Shown here one piece after another: positions 1-7,952 of a stretch of DNA of 32,000 nt (its first letter is position 1; each line of letters opens with the position of its first letter). The stretch covers positions 630,001 to 662,000 of the forward strand of contig NZ_CP036280.1 of the NCBI RefSeq assembly GCF_007748075.1, in the 5' to 3' direction. This DNA comes from Mucisphaera calidilacus (GTDB lineage Bacteria; Planctomycetota; Phycisphaerae; Phycisphaerales; Phycisphaeraceae). The notes beneath the pieces are model-generated. The model was not told the origin of the DNA. It did no database searches and was given only the letters and a program-made list of their open reading frames with translations. A program made the position numbers and the translations under genes.

Positions 1-214
1 CGCCGAAGGCGGCACCGACCATCTGGCATCGAGGGAAGAGTTTCTGGACGGTTTTGGGCTGTGCGTCGGTGGCGATGTCGTAGTCGAGAGGCTGGATGCC
101 CAGGAGCTGGTCGCGGACGCATCCGCCGGCGAAGTAGGCGGTATGTCCGGCGTCGCGGAGAATCTGGATGATCCGCACGGCGGCCTGTCGTTCTGTCGTT
201 TCAGGCTGAGCCAT
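1..214 (-). CDS. cca: CCA-adding tRNA nucleotidyltransferase / poly(A) polymerase family protein, N-terminal fragment (gene continues past the window start)
   Basis: Hand translation of the minus strand from ATG (214-212): MAQPETTERQAAVRIIQILRDAGHTAYFAGGCVRDQLLGIQPLDYDIATDAQPKTVQKLF... This carries the GGxVRDxLLG...DxDxxT motif of the PolyA_pol head domain. It is absent from the ORF track because it is open at the window edge. Confidence 0.75.
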   Translation of the reverse strand, partial: MAQPETTERQAAVRIIQILRDAGHTAYFAGGCVRDQLLGIQPLDYDIATDAQPKTVQKLFPRCQMVGAAFG

Positions 215-281
215 TTGGGGCAGTGTAGAGCAGCGGGGTTCGGTTGTTCCGTGGGCTGGGCGGCTCTGGTAATCTGGGGCG

Positions 282-512
282 ATGATGCGAACGATGCGTT
301 GTGTGCTGAGTGTGCTGCTTGTGGGGGTTGTTGTGTTGGGGAGTGGGTGCAAGTACTCGAAGAACCAGCTGTTTCCGCCTCATACGCCTCGGTCGCCTTA
401 CGAGCGTTATCTGGCTTTGCGGGATCGTGAGCGTACGGCGACGTACAAGGATGCTTACGGCCGGGATCAGCCGAATCTTCGTGAGCGTTTGCGTCCTCTG
501 GACACGCCCTGA
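282..512 (+). CDS. small putative lipoprotein (76 aa)
   Basis: ATG start. The N-terminus MMRTMRCVLSVLLVGVVVLGSGC looks like a signal peptide with a lipobox (L-G-S-G-C). The rest is hydrophilic and of normal composition. No homology recognised. Confidence 0.4.
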   Translation: MMRTMRCVLSVLLVGVVVLGSGCKYSKNQLFPPHTPRSPYERYLALRDRERTATYKDAYGRDQPNLRERLRPLDTP

Positions 513-635
513 TGGTGAAGGATTCGGGAAAAACGGTTGATCTGGCGAAGTTTTGATGACACTGCCGGCTATCGACGATACAACTAGAGATAAGTCTTTA
601 AGGCGTTGGCGTTAAGGGCCGATAACCGTCTTTGG

Positions 636-1289
636 ATGAATCAGAAGGAGCCACTCCGCACGATGCCGGACCAGCGGACGATCACGATACTTGGTGTGCT
701 GCTGGTGGCGATGACGCTCACGAGCAGTCTGCTGCTGGTGCTGGAGCCGTCGCCTGTGGCGCCGGTGCAGCCTGTGGCGATGAAGCTGCAGAGTGACCGT
801 GCGGGGGATTCGCTGGACGAGCCGCTGCTGGATGTGGCGGAGCCGGCGGCGTGGCAGGCGATCATCATCCATGACTCATCGCGTCTGCGTGGGGGTGCTG
901 CGTCGTTGAACGAGGCGCACGAGCGTGACGGTCGTGGGGGTCTGGGTTATCACTTTGTGGTGGGTAACGGGACGGAGACGGGTGACGGCGAGATCGAGGC
1001 GGGTTTCCGCTGGCGTCTTCAGGCACAGGGTCGATTCCTGGCTGGCGAGGAGGCGAGTCGCTGGCACCGGGTGGCGATCGGGATCGTGGTGGTCGGGGAC
1101 GCGGACGAGCGTGCGATGACCCCCGTTCAGCGTGAGTCGTTATTGAGGCTGGTTTCGTCGATTCAGGAGCGATTCGGGATCCGCAGCGACCAGGTTCATG
1201 CCCACTTCGGTGATGACGGGAGCGGGGGAAAAGAGCTGTTTTCGCTGAGTGAGTTCCGGGCTGAGTTGGCGTCGGTTTCTGTCGATTAA
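636..1289 (+). CDS. membrane-anchored N-acetylmuramoyl-L-alanine amidase / PGRP (Amidase_2) domain protein
   Basis: One TM helix (ITILGVLLVAMTLTSSLLLVL) is followed by IIIHDS...GLGYHFVVGNGT..GDGEIE.G.RW...IGIVVVGD...QVHAH, typical of the amidase_2/AmpD-PGRP fold. The start is uncertain: TTG 606, ATG 636, or ATG 663 (the last preceded by AAGGAG). Confidence 0.8.
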   Translation: MNQKEPLRTMPDQRTITILGVLLVAMTLTSSLLLVLEPSPVAPVQPVAMKLQSDRAGDSLDEPLLDVAEPAAWQAIIIHDSSRLRGGAASLNEAHERDGRGGLGYHFVVGNGTETGDGEIEAGFRWRLQAQGRFLAGEEASRWHRVAIGIVVVGDADERAMTPVQRESLLRLVSSIQERFGIRSDQVHAHFGDDGSGGKELFSLSEFRAELASVSVD

Positions 1290-1498
1290 GCGGTTTTTTC
1301 GCTTGGAATCGCGCAGAAAAGGGGGATTTAAAGCGTTCAGTGGGGAGTTAGTGCAAGGGTAAGGCGGTCCTGCCGACAGTTGTGGTGGTCTGTACGTGTC
1401 GTTAAGTTGGGTTTATACGTTTATGGATTGTTCCGACAACCTGGTATGAGGCGACAGGTCCGGCATTGGTGGTCTGATGCGGGTCTGCACCCTGAAGT

Positions 1499-2353
1499 AT
1501 GGGCGACTGGCACGAAATCTCGGGATATCAGATTCTTGGCACGCTCGGAAAGGGTGCCAAGAGCACGATTTATGAAGTTCGGGGTCAGGATGGGAAGCGT
1601 TATGCGCTCAAGCACGTGATCAAGGATTCGCCGAGTGATCAGCGTTTCATTGATCAGGCGGTGAGCGAGTATGAGCTGGCTCGCAAGTTCGACAGCCCGT
1701 ATCTGCGCAAGGGGATCAAGCTGATCCGGGTGCGGAAGGTGATCCGGACGAGCGAGGTGGTGGTGATCATGGAGCTGATCGAGGGTTTACCCCTAGAGCA
1801 GTATCAGCCGGGGAACATGCTGGAGCTGATTGAGATCATCGCGCATTCGGCGAGTGGTCTTCATGCGATGCACAACGTGGGCTATGTGCACGCGGACATG
1901 AAGCCGAACAACATCATGGTGACGCCTGCGCGTGAGGTGAAGCTGATTGATTTTGGTCAGAGCTGTCCGGTGGGGACGATCAAGGAGCGGATCCAGGGGA
2001 CGCCTGATTACATTGCGCCGGAGCAGGTTCGACGTCGGGCGATCACGCCTCAGACGGACGTGTTCAATCTTGGCGCGACGATTTACTGGTTGCTGACGAA
2101 GAAGCACGTGCCGACGCTGATCCCGAAGGAGCGAGCGGGTGCGGGTGTGTCGTTGAAGTCGGTGGAGCGTTGCGTGCCGCCTGCGGAGCTGAATCCGAAG
2201 GTTCCGCCTGCGTTGTCGAGCCTGGTGATGGATTGTGTGCAGCACGACATGCAGGACCGTCCGCGTTCGATGGCGGCGGTGAATGACCGGCTGATGATCG
2301 CGCAGTCGCAGATCCGCAGGGGCAATGGCGAGCAGGGCGTGGGCGCGGCCTAG
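1499..2353 (+). CDS. Hanks-type serine/threonine protein kinase, kinase domain only (284 aa)
   Basis: Motifs seen: Gly-rich loop LGKGAKSTIYEV, catalytic Lys YALKHV, catalytic loop YVHADMKPNNIMV, DFGQS, GTPDYIAPEQ. Confidence 0.9.
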   Translation: MGDWHEISGYQILGTLGKGAKSTIYEVRGQDGKRYALKHVIKDSPSDQRFIDQAVSEYELARKFDSPYLRKGIKLIRVRKVIRTSEVVVIMELIEGLPLEQYQPGNMLELIEIIAHSASGLHAMHNVGYVHADMKPNNIMVTPAREVKLIDFGQSCPVGTIKERIQGTPDYIAPEQVRRRAITPQTDVFNLGATIYWLLTKKHVPTLIPKERAGAGVSLKSVERCVPPAELNPKVPPALSSLVMDCVQHDMQDRPRSMAAVNDRLMIAQSQIRRGNGEQGVGAA

Positions 2354-2378
2354 CAAGATTTATTGATTGTGTTAATAT

Positions 2379-4706
2379 TTGGGGGTGCGTGAGGCATTCG
2401 GTTCCAGCCCGGGTTTGTTGTGGTATGGCGGCTTAGCCGGCGTTGTGGGGTGTGCTGCGGGTTGTGTGGTGGATCGGGTGTGGTTGTGGGTCGGTTTGAG
2501 TCTGGTGGTGTGGTGTTCGGGCTGGCTGGTGGGTCGTGCGTGGCGTGGGGTGGTGGTGTGGCTGCTGGTGGCGGCGGTGTTTGCGGGCTGGGCGGCGGTG
2601 GGGCAGGGGCGGACGTGTGGCGACGATCTGCGGCATTACCTGGTGCGTGAGCGGCGTCTGGTGGCGGTGACGGGTGAGGTGGTGGAGGCGTTTGCGGGGG
2701 GTGGGGGTTCGTCGTCGGTTCTGGCGGGGTTCGGGTATCGGCCTGAGACGCGGACGGGTGTGCTGGCGGTATCGACGATCACGGTGGAGGGTGTTGTGGT
2801 TGCGGCGCGGGGTCGGCTGCTGGTGCACCTGAGTGGCGAGGGTGAGGTGCCGGGTGTTGGGGCGCGGATCGAGGCGCGGGGCTGGGTGACGGAGATGGAG
2901 CGGGCGTCGAATCCGGGCGGGTTTGATGCGCGGGCGTTCTATGCGCGGCGGGGGGTGTATGGCCGGCTGCGTGTGGGTGCGGGGTCGTGGGATCGGCTGG
3001 AGGGTGCGGGGTGGCTGGGTTTGCGTGGGCTGAGGGCGGGTGTGAGCGGGGTGCTGTCGGAGCGGTTACTGGCCGGGCTGGATGCGGAGCATGTGGCGCT
3101 GGTGGACGCGGTGGTGCTGGGCCGGCGGGGGGCGGCGTTGGAGGGTTTGTCGGAGGCGTTTCGGATGTCGGGGCTGGCGCACCTGCTGGCGATCAGCGGG
3201 ACGCATATCGGGTTGGTGGTGCTGCTGACGGCGGGGTTGCTGGGGTTGGTGATCAGGCATCCGCGTTGGCGGCTGGTGGTGTGCGTGGTGGTGTTGCTGG
3301 CTTATCTGGCGGTGCTGCCTGGGCGTGCGTCGGTGGTTCGGAGCGGTGTGATGGCGGTTTCGCTGATGATGGCGGCGTGGAGCGGCCGTCGGCTGAGTGG
3401 TTTTGATGCGTTGGGGTTGGCGGCGTTGGTGATCCTGGGTTTTGATCCGGTTCAGGTTCTGGAGGCGGGGTTTGAGCTGAGTTTCGCGGCGGTGGCGGGG
3501 ATTCTGTTGTGGGTGCGGTGGCGTGTGCGTGTGGCGGCGGCGGATGCGGGTTCCGCGTTTGAGGATCATCGGGCTTGGGGTGGGCGTGTGCGGCGTTGGG
3601 TGGTTTCGGTGGGTGGAGCGGGGGTGGCTGCGTGGCTGGCGACGATGCCTGTGGCGGCGTGGCATTTCGGGTGGGTGGTTCTGGCGGGCCCGGTGCTGAC
3701 GCTGATCGCGACGCCTGTGCTGATGGGTGTGCTGGGTGTGGGGTTGTTGAAGATGCTGGTGGGTCTGGTGACGCCTGCGGTGGATGGTGTGCTGGCGTGG
3801 GTTCTGGGCGGGTTGACGGCTTGTCTGATCGGGATGGCGGATGTGGGGGCGTCGCTGCCTGGGCTGGCGTGGGAGGTGCCGTCTACGGCGGAGGTGGCGG
3901 GGTGGTTTGCGGGGGGCGATGATTCGCTGCGTGTGACGTATCTGTCGGTGGGTTCCGGGAATGCTTATGTGGTGCGTTGGCCGGACGGTCGCTGGTGGAT
4001 GGTGGATGCCGGGGGGTATCCGGGCGCGGGTGAGGGTGTGGTGTTGCCGGCGCTGCGTGCGTTGGGTGTGGGGCGGTTGGAGACGCTGGTGGTGACGCAC
4101 AGCGATCTGGATCACTACGCTGCGGTGCCTGAGGTGCTGTCGTCGGTGGGTGTGGGTCGTGTGGTGGTGCCGGTGACGTTTCCGGAGCGTGACGAGGTGG
4201 TGGCGGATTCGGCGGTGGGTGTGTTGTGGGGTTGTCTGGATGCGTCGGGTGTGGCGGTGGAGCGGGTGTCGGCGGGGTGGTCGGAGGACGTGGGCGGGGC
4301 GCGGGTGGAGGCGGTGTGGCCGGAGGCGGGTGCGGCGGGGTTGTCGGACAACGACGGTTCGCTGGTGTTGCTGGTGGCGGCGAACGGGTGTCGGGTGCTG
4401 TTTACGGGGGATCTTGCGGCGGAGGGGATTGCGGGTGTGGGTGATGGGCTGGCGGGTGTGGATGTGGTGGACGTGCCGCATCACGGGAGTCGGAAGCCGG
4501 AGGCGATGGCGTGGGTTGCGGGTCTGGGGCCTGAGGTGGCGGTGCAGTCGTCGGGTTGGCCGCGTTCAGTCGGCGTCAATCCCTGGGCTGTCGCTTTGCC
4601 CGGCGTCGGGCTGTTCGAGACGTGGCGCGACGGGTGTGTCACGGTTGTCGTCGGACGGGATGGCGGGATCGAGGTTGGTGTGCATCTCGACGGCGGGGGG
4701 CGTTGA
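2379..4706 (+). CDS. comEC: ComEC/Rec2 DNA internalisation-related competence protein with C-terminal metallo-beta-lactamase domain
   Basis: Polytopic membrane core with the ComEC signature SGLAHLLAISGTHIG. The C-terminal MBL motifs are VVTHSDLDHYAAV and DVPHHGSR. The start is TTG 2379 or GTG 2385. Confidence 0.85.
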   Translation: MGVREAFGSSPGLLWYGGLAGVVGCAAGCVVDRVWLWVGLSLVVWCSGWLVGRAWRGVVVWLLVAAVFAGWAAVGQGRTCGDDLRHYLVRERRLVAVTGEVVEAFAGGGGSSSVLAGFGYRPETRTGVLAVSTITVEGVVVAARGRLLVHLSGEGEVPGVGARIEARGWVTEMERASNPGGFDARAFYARRGVYGRLRVGAGSWDRLEGAGWLGLRGLRAGVSGVLSERLLAGLDAEHVALVDAVVLGRRGAALEGLSEAFRMSGLAHLLAISGTHIGLVVLLTAGLLGLVIRHPRWRLVVCVVVLLAYLAVLPGRASVVRSGVMAVSLMMAAWSGRRLSGFDALGLAALVILGFDPVQVLEAGFELSFAAVAGILLWVRWRVRVAAADAGSAFEDHRAWGGRVRRWVVSVGGAGVAAWLATMPVAAWHFGWVVLAGPVLTLIATPVLMGVLGVGLLKMLVGLVTPAVDGVLAWVLGGLTACLIGMADVGASLPGLAWEVPSTAEVAGWFAGGDDSLRVTYLSVGSGNAYVVRWPDGRWWMVDAGGYPGAGEGVVLPALRALGVGRLETLVVTHSDLDHYAAVPEVLSSVGVGRVVVPVTFPERDEVVADSAVGVLWGCLDASGVAVERVSAGWSEDVGGARVEAVWPEAGAAGLSDNDGSLVLLVAANGCRVLFTGDLAAEGIAGVGDGLAGVDVVDVPHHGSRKPEAMAWVAGLGPEVAVQSSGWPRSVGVNPWAVALPGVGLFETWRDGCVTVVVGRDGGIEVGVHLDGGGR

Positions 4707-5801
4707 GGGGGGTTCGGGGGTGTCGGCGACGATGCGGATGCGGAGTTTTTCGGTTCGGGTGTTGAGTTCGCTGAGGGGGATGCGGTCGGGCGGGGGGACG
4801 AGTTCGCTGAGGCTGGCGGGCATGTTGATGGTGCGGAGGAGTGTGGCGAGGGGTGAGTTGTCCTGGGCGTCGGTGGCGGGTGTGTCGGTTGGCGGCTGGG
4901 GGTTGTCGGCATCGGGTTGGGTGGTGAGGTCGCCTCGGAGTGTCTGGATGGCGAAGGGGGGGCCTTCGATCTCGAGGGTGATGGTCCGTGGTGCGTTGTC
5001 GTCGTCCTCGATGCCTTTGCCGGAGAGGAGGTTTTCGAGGGTCATGACGCGGGCGGGCTGGCCGAGGTTGCGGACGGGCAGGGCGCGGTTCCTGGCCCAT
5101 TGCTCGATGACGTTGACCATGACCTGGGGGTTGGCGGTGTTGATGACGAGCAGGTCGCGTGGTGTGTCGGCGGCGGGGGGTTGTGTTGGGACGCCTCGGC
5201 CGAGGGTGGTCGTGTCGGGTGGTTGGGTGTCGGTTTGTGTGGCGGGCAGGCCACGGGAGCGTTGTGTTGTGCCGTAGTTTGCCTGAGGTTCGGGCTGAGC
5301 CTCGGGTTGTGTGGGTGCGGCGGCGACGGTGTCGCCGACGGCGGGTGCTTTGGTGCTCGGTTGGGCTTCGGGTGTGGGTTGGGGCGGTGTGGACCGGGCG
5401 ACGGGGAAGCCCTGCATGAGGGACTGGCCGGTGGTGAGGCTTTGCCAGAGGACGGCGCCGCAGGCGATGCAGACGAGGGCTGCGGTGGCGTAGGCGGCGT
5501 ATCGGCCGAGGTGCGAGCGTGGTTTGCGTGGTGATCGCGCGGAGGGCGTGCCGTCGAGGAGGAGGTTTCGTTCGAGTCGGTCGATGGCGAGTTCGGCGAG
5601 GTCCTGGGGCGGCTGGACTTCGGGGAGTCTGGCGGTGCGTTGGCGGTCGTCGCGGAGTCGTCGGGTGAGTTCGGCGAGGTCTTCGCGGCCGGTCATGGTG
5701 GCCTCGAAGGCGGCTTCCTGGTCGTGGTCGAGTTCGCCTTCGATGTAGGCGAGGAGCAGTTCGTGCTCGGCGGAGAGCTGGTCGGAGCTTTTTTTAGCCA
5801 C
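4566..5801 (-). CDS. putative anti-sigma factor: N-terminal anti-sigma domain, one TM helix, Pro/Thr/Gln-rich extracytoplasmic region
   Basis: The GTG start overlaps the stop of the upstream ECF sigma gene by 8 nt (GTGGCTAA). The N-terminus EHELLLAYIEGELDHDQEAAFEATM resembles an anti-sigma domain, followed by TM helix AAYATAALVCIACGAVLW. The C-terminal end is uncertain because its last 141 nt overlap comEC. Confidence 0.6.
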   Translation of the reverse strand: MAKKSSDQLSAEHELLLAYIEGELDHDQEAAFEATMTGREDLAELTRRLRDDRQRTARLPEVQPPQDLAELAIDRLERNLLLDGTPSARSPRKPRSHLGRYAAYATAALVCIACGAVLWQSLTTGQSLMQGFPVARSTPPQPTPEAQPSTKAPAVGDTVAAAPTQPEAQPEPQANYGTTQRSRGLPATQTDTQPPDTTTLGRGVPTQPPAADTPRDLLVINTANPQVMVNVIEQWARNRALPVRNLGQPARVMTLENLLSGKGIEDDDNAPRTITLEIEGPPFAIQTLRGDLTTQPDADNPQPPTDTPATDAQDNSPLATLLRTINMPASLSELVPPPDRIPLSELNTRTEKLRIRIVADTPEPPSTPPAVEMHTNLDPAIPSDDNRDTPVAPRLEQPDAGQSDSPGIDAD

Positions 5802-6399
5802 GGCTGCCCTCCGGGTTTTGGCGTCGGGGTGTGGCTTCGCGGTCGTCGAGGATCTGTCGGAGCGCGAGTCGTCCGCGGAAGAGTCGGCTCTTGACGGTTC
5901 CGATGGCGAGCCCGGTGGTTTCGGCGATCTGCTCGTAGCTCATAGCCTGGATGTCGCGGAGGACCAGCACGACGCGGAAGTGTTCCTCGAGTTCTTCGAG
6001 GGCGAGTGCGATCTCACGGGACCGCTCCTGTTCTTCGATGCGTCGGGAGGGCTCGGGTTCCCGTGAATCGGCGAGTGCGAGGGGATTATTGTGGTCGTCG
6101 TGGTGTGTGAGTCGGAGTGCGGGTCGTGCTTTTCGTCGTCGTAGGAGCGAGAGTCCCTCGTTGATGGCGATGCGGCTCATCCAGGTGGAGAGTCGTGAGC
6201 GTCCCTCGAACTGTTCGAGGTTCTGGATGATGCGGACCATGGCGTTCTGGGTGGCGTCGGCGGCGTCCTCGGGGTTGGCGAGGATGCGCAGGCAGAGCGA
6301 GTAGAGTCGGCCCTGGTGCTGTCGGAGGAGGTCCGCGAGCTGGGTCCGGTCGCCTTGGCGTATGGCGGAGAGTTGTTGGGCGTCAGCCTCGTGGGTCAT
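5794..6399 (-). CDS. ECF-type RNA polymerase sigma-70 family factor
   Basis: Region 2 (LYSLCLRILANPEDAADATQNAMVRI...STWMSRIAINEGLSLLRRR) and region 4 (VLVLRDIQAMSYEQIAETTGLAIGTVKSRLFRGRLALR) are both recognisable. Confidence 0.9.
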   Translation of the reverse strand: MTHEADAQQLSAIRQGDRTQLADLLRQHQGRLYSLCLRILANPEDAADATQNAMVRIIQNLEQFEGRSRLSTWMSRIAINEGLSLLRRRKARPALRLTHHDDHNNPLALADSREPEPSRRIEEQERSREIALALEELEEHFRVVLVLRDIQAMSYEQIAETTGLAIGTVKSRLFRGRLALRQILDDREATPRRQNPEGSRG

Positions 6400-6428
6400 T
6401 GGTGGGCCAGCGGGTCAACGAATACCAT

Positions 6429-6456
6429 GACGGTCTTGTTGGTGGACCGTCTTTTT
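6429..6456 (+). promoter_or_regulatory. inverted repeat GACGGTC-N9-GACCGTC followed by TTTTT in the sigma/purB divergent region; attenuator-like hairpin or operator
   Basis: Read directly: 7-bp perfect arms at 6429-6435 and 6445-6451, with the T-run at 6452-6456, 30 nt upstream of the purB ATG. Confidence 0.3.
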
Positions 6457-6485
6457 CCGACCTCAATCTTACGCTGAACCTGCCT

Positions 6486-7946
6486 ATGCAACCTGATGAC
6501 CGTTATGTCTCGCCTCTGGCTTCTCGCAACGCCTCGCCCGAGATGCAGGCGATCTGGTCGCCTCGCCGGAAGTTCATGACCTGGCGTCAGTTGTGGATTG
6601 TGCTGGCGGAGGCGGAGCATGAGTTGGGTCTGCCGGTGTCTGGGGAGCAGGTGGCGGCGCTGCGTGGGGCGGCGGAGGATCTGGATCTGGAGGCGGCGGC
6701 GGCGTACGAGAAGAAGCTGCGTCACGACGTGATGGCGCACGTGCACGCGTTCGGGGACGTGGCGCCGGAGGCGCGGGGGATCATCCATCTCGGGGCGACG
6801 TCGCAGTTTGTGAACTGCAACACGGAGTTGATGCTGATTCGGGATGCGCTGGGGCTGGTTGCGGGGAAGCTGGCGTCGGCGATTGATCGGTTGGCGACGT
6901 TTGCGGCGGAGCATCGGAGTCTGGCGACGCTGGGGTACACGCACCTGCAGCCGGCGCAGCCGACGACGGTGGGCAAGCGTGCGTGTCTGTGGATTCAGGA
7001 GTTGTCGATCGGGTTGGCGGAGGTGGAGCACCGGTTGGGGATGTTGCCGTTGCGGGGCGTGAAGGGGACGACTGGGACGCAGGCGTCGTTTCTGGCGTTG
7101 TTCCGTGCTTTGGAGGGTGTGGACGAGGCGGAGGCTCAGCGTCGGGTGGAGGCGTTGGATCGGCTGGTGACGGAGAAGCTGGGTTGGCCGGCGGATCGTC
7201 GGTTGCCGATCTCGGGTCAGACGTACCCGCGTGTGATTGACGGTTTGGTGGCTTCGTCGCTTGGCGCGGTGGCGGCGGCGGCGCACAAGATGGCGACGGA
7301 CCTGCGTCTGCTGGCGTCGCGGAAGGAGATCGAGGAGCCGTTCGAGACGAGTCAGATCGGTTCGTCGGCGATGGCGTACAAGCGGAACCCGATGCGGAGC
7401 GAGCGGATCTGCGGTTTGAGTCGGTTCGTGATCGGGATGATCCAGACGCCTTTTGTGACGGCGGCGGAGCAGTGGATGGAGCGGACGCTTGACGATTCGT
7501 CGACGCGTCGGCTGACGCTTCCCGAGCCGTTTCTGGCGTTGGATGGCGTGCTGGAGCTGTTGAACAATGTGAGTGCGGGGCTGGTGGTTTATCCGGCGGT
7601 GATCCGGGCGAATCTTGAGGCGGAGCTGCCCTTCATGGCGACGGAGGAGATCCTGATGGCGGCGGCGCGTCGGGGCGTGGACCGTCAGGATGCGCACGAG
7701 GCGATTCGTCAGCACAGCATGGCTGCGGCGCGTTGTGTGAAGGAGCGGGGGGGTGCGAACGACCTGATCGAGCGTCTGCGTGGTGAGCCGTTGTTCGAGG
7801 GGATTGCTTTGGAGGATGCGCTGGACGCGTCGCTTTTCATCGGTCGTGCGCCGGAGCAGGTGGATCTGTTTATCGACGAGGTGGTGGGGCCGATTCGTGA
7901 GCGGTACGCGGGTGCGTTGGGTCACGAGGCCGAGTTGAAGGTGTGA
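6486..7946 (+). CDS. purB: adenylosuccinate lyase
   Basis: Fumarate-lyase signature GSSAMAYKRNP. The N-terminus MQPDDRYVSPLASRNASPEMQAIWS is typical of PurB. The ATG at 6486 is preferred over the track start at 6399, which would abut the divergent sigma gene. Confidence 0.93.
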   Translation: MQPDDRYVSPLASRNASPEMQAIWSPRRKFMTWRQLWIVLAEAEHELGLPVSGEQVAALRGAAEDLDLEAAAAYEKKLRHDVMAHVHAFGDVAPEARGIIHLGATSQFVNCNTELMLIRDALGLVAGKLASAIDRLATFAAEHRSLATLGYTHLQPAQPTTVGKRACLWIQELSIGLAEVEHRLGMLPLRGVKGTTGTQASFLALFRALEGVDEAEAQRRVEALDRLVTEKLGWPADRRLPISGQTYPRVIDGLVASSLGAVAAAAHKMATDLRLLASRKEIEEPFETSQIGSSAMAYKRNPMRSERICGLSRFVIGMIQTPFVTAAEQWMERTLDDSSTRRLTLPEPFLALDGVLELLNNVSAGLVVYPAVIRANLEAELPFMATEEILMAAARRGVDRQDAHEAIRQHSMAAARCVKERGGANDLIERLRGEPLFEGIALEDALDASLFIGRAPEQVDLFIDEVVGPIRERYAGALGHEAELKV

Positions 7947-7952
7947 GTCGGC

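Noticed and set aside
1290-1498. 209-nt intergenic region screened for a tRNA or small RNA
   Set aside because: I could see no T-loop-like GTTCRANYC, no cloverleaf-compatible arms and no strong hairpin. It contains only a weak 5-bp stem just after the amidase stop codon (about 1287-1303).
3066-4484. 472-aa minus-strand ORF antisense to comEC
   Set aside because: It has the same R/H/P/Q/T low-complexity composition, whereas comEC on the plus strand carries the family motifs.
4189-5277. 362-aa plus-strand ORF (Arg/Gly/Trp/Cys/Val-rich) across the comEC end and the anti-sigma gene
   Set aside because: Its composition is typical of plus-strand shadow frames in this G+T-rich strand. It is out of frame with comEC and has no motifs.
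6399-6485. Upstream start for purB at 6399, abutting the sigma gene start
   Set aside because: The added 29 residues are unlike PurB N-termini and would leave no promoter space. The ATG at 6486 gives the conserved N-terminus.
6396-7925. 509-aa minus-strand ORF covering all of purB
   Set aside because: It is extremely Arg/His/Pro/Gln/Thr-rich with no motifs. It lies antisense to a gene with an unambiguous PurB signature. It is a shadow ORF produced by the stop-poor (T-poor) minus strand.
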